DNA of 64,000 nt, taken from contig OZ320318.1 in the NCBI GenBank assembly GCA_976226885.1, positions 17,360,001 to 17,424,000 of the forward strand. The letters run 5' to 3'. Below, one piece after another: positions 62,184-64,000 of the stretch. Made by a program: the position numbers and the translations under genes. Below the pieces are notes generated by a model, which saw only the letters and a program-made list of their open reading frames with translations, searched no databases and was not told the origin of the DNA. The DNA is from Iphione sp. A-MEVVRFRX5 (taxonomy: Eukaryota). Numbering within the stretch: position 1 is the stretch's first letter; every line of letters begins with the position of its first letter.

Positions 62184-64000
62184 ATGGCTGACCTAACGGG
62201 AATTTTTGGTATGTACCATATAAACTGCCAGAGTCTGCGAGGTAAGTGTGAAGAATTTGAGTTACTGTTTAGCACGACTGAACCGGACTGTATAGTTATA
62301 ACTGAAACTTGGTTAAGTGCAGAAATACCTTCGCAGCTATTTGAAAGGGTGGGGTATACTATGTTGAGGCAGGATAGAGTGGGTAGACGAGGTGGTGGTA
62401 TTCTTATATATTGTAAAGATTATTATGGAGTTAAATATGACATCCTGAGTACTAGACAGGTTCTGTGCGCAGATCTAGAGATGATGGTAGTCAACATTGA
62501 AATATGTGGTAACTGTACAATTCAGTTATATGCATGTTATAGGCCGCCGAATGGCAACCTCAACGAAGCACTTGATATCCTAAGAAGTACCATAGATAGT
62601 ATAAATGGTACAAAACATAGAAAGTTGTTGATAATTGGTGACTTCAACGTGGACTGGGCAACCAACAACTGTGCTAAATCTAAAGTAAAATATTTTTTTA
62701 CCGAAATAACACTTAAACAGTACATAACAGGGCATACAAGAGTTACCACTACATCTTGTACCATCATTGACCTTTGCTTCAGTAATCTAGGTGATACATT
62801 GATGTGTGATGTAATACATACTACAATTAGCAATCACTATATGTTACAAATGTTGATTAAAGATAGATTAAAGATAGTTAAAGAGGTTCGCACTTATGTT
62901 GACTATTCTGTGCTGAACTATATACTACTGCATCAGATGGTCATGGAAATTGACTGGACTGATATGTACAGATCTAATGATATAGAATACAAATGGGAGG
63001 TGCTCCTCTTAAATATAAAAAGAATAATGGATCAATTACTTCACACCAAAAAGTATACAGTCAGACGTGACACACCGAGGTGGGTAACTGGAGAGTATTT
63101 AGATTTGGTTCATATGAAACACCAAGCACGAAAAACATATATTGAGAGTGGAAATCCCATCGACTGTCTGAACTACCATATGTTAAAATCGAAAGTTAGG
63201 AAAGGTGGACAACAACTTAGAAAACGTCTAATAGAAAACAGACTAAATAATACTTCTGATAATCCACATAAATTTTGGCACAATTTGAAGTGTGAACTAG
63301 GCATGGGCAAGAAAAAGAAGGGAATCTGTACAGAAACAAGTTCAGAGGATACCTGCACCTATCAAGAGATAGCTGATAAATTGAATGAACACTTTGTCCA
63401 AGTAGGCCCTAAAATTGCCGAATGCCTAGGTGAAGAGGTATACACATACAGAGGTAAGATTACTGCCTGTCGTTTAACTTGGCGGGCAATTGACCTACTC
63501 GAAATAATAGAGAATATATTCAAGGTTCCAAATCATAAGGCTAGTATGATGCTGGATCTCCCCAACTATATCTGGAAAGACATACTCTTTATAATAGGAA
63601 CAGAAATTGAACACTTATTTAATTTTAGTTTTGAAAGTAATACTTTGCCTGTCGCCTGGAAAGCGGCTACTGTAACCCCTCTATCCAAATGTGAAGATAA
63701 ACAAGGATTCGACGTAAATAACTACAGACCTATTAGCCAGCTGCAGTTGATTAGCAAGTTAATGGAAAAAATAATATATGATAGAATAATGACATTTTTG
63801 GAGACGAATAACTTACTAACAGAATGCCAGCACGGTTTTAGAAATAATAGAGGGACCGACACAGCAATTTACACACTACTGGGTATGGTATACGAAGGCC
63901 TAAATTATTCTAAGAAGATCTGTGCAGGTTTCATCGACTTCTCCAAGGCATTCGATTCTGTTTCTCATGAAATACTACTGGATAAATTGACAAAAGTAGG
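62184..64000 (+). CDS. Element C ORF3: endonuclease-reverse transcriptase, open to the window end (partial)
   Basis: Manual translation from ATG 62184 (MADLTGIFGMYHINCQSL) found no stop through 64000: ITETWL, CYRPP, IGDFN, IIDL, ISNH, NYRPIS, QHGFR, FIDFSKAFD. Absent from the ORF track, presumably because there is no stop codon inside the window. Confidence 0.9.
   Translation, partial: MADLTGIFGMYHINCQSLRGKCEEFELLFSTTEPDCIVITETWLSAEIPSQLFERVGYTMLRQDRVGRRGGGILIYCKDYYGVKYDILSTRQVLCADLEMMVVNIEICGNCTIQLYACYRPPNGNLNEALDILRSTIDSINGTKHRKLLIIGDFNVDWATNNCAKSKVKYFFTEITLKQYITGHTRVTTTSCTIIDLCFSNLGDTLMCDVIHTTISNHYMLQMLIKDRLKIVKEVRTYVDYSVLNYILLHQMVMEIDWTDMYRSNDIEYKWEVLLLNIKRIMDQLLHTKKYTVRRDTPRWVTGEYLDLVHMKHQARKTYIESGNPIDCLNYHMLKSKVRKGGQQLRKRLIENRLNNTSDNPHKFWHNLKCELGMGKKKKGICTETSSEDTCTYQEIADKLNEHFVQVGPKIAECLGEEVYTYRGKITACRLTWRAIDLLEIIENIFKVPNHKASMMLDLPNYIWKDILFIIGTEIEHLFNFSFESNTLPVAWKAATVTPLSKCEDKQGFDVNNYRPISQLQLISKLMEKIIYDRIMTFLETNNLLTECQHGFRNNRGTDTAIYTLLGMVYEGLNYSKKICAGFIDFSKAFDSVSHEILLDKLTKV

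Larger units (their letters stand above)
58500..64000 (+). mobile_element. Element C: tricistronic LINE with all three ORFs open (runs off the window)
   Basis: 5' motif TAATGGTCACCGGCTAGTGCGGAGCGTAC at 58505 resembles the 5' end of A. ORF1-NADAR, SGNH ORF2 and EN-RT follow in order. The exact 5' base and TSD cannot be determined here. Confidence 0.88.

Overview
This is AT-rich eukaryotic DNA, probably from a marine invertebrate (lineage not determinable), and it is dominated by transposable elements. Only one clear host gene is present, an SLC35G/EamA-type transporter at 19.8-20.8 kb. The main result is a family of CR1/L2-group non-LTR retrotransposons with an unusual three-ORF layout. ORF1 is an L1-type coiled-coil/RRM protein fused to a C-terminal NADAR (YbiA-like) domain. 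ORF2 is a stand-alone SGNH-fold protein. ORF3 (EN-RT) follows after a 0.9-1.4 kb spacer. Four divergent members occur. A (30484-37504, minus) and B (46415-54008, plus) are full length with target-site duplications (TSDs) and (TTCAAA)n tails. C (~58500 to the window end, plus) has all three ORFs open, a canonical-looking NADAR and an intact SGNH Ser/Asp/His triad. D (10690-11935, minus) is an internally deleted remnant. A, B and D carry degenerate versions of both enzyme domains. All four share a 5' terminal ATGG..C.GAGTAG-like motif. Insertions are nested: A lies in the 3' UTR of a 5'-truncated LINE (E), which lies in the RT of an Ngaro/DIRS-like element, and C interrupts a second Ngaro-like element just upstream of its tyrosine recombinase. 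The window also holds a decayed Tigger/pogo transposase, MITEs, tRNA-derived SINE heads, other LINE fragments, and dispersed decayed paralogous segments with weak LRR/TIR-like translations. All calls come from manual reading and translation; no database searches were run.
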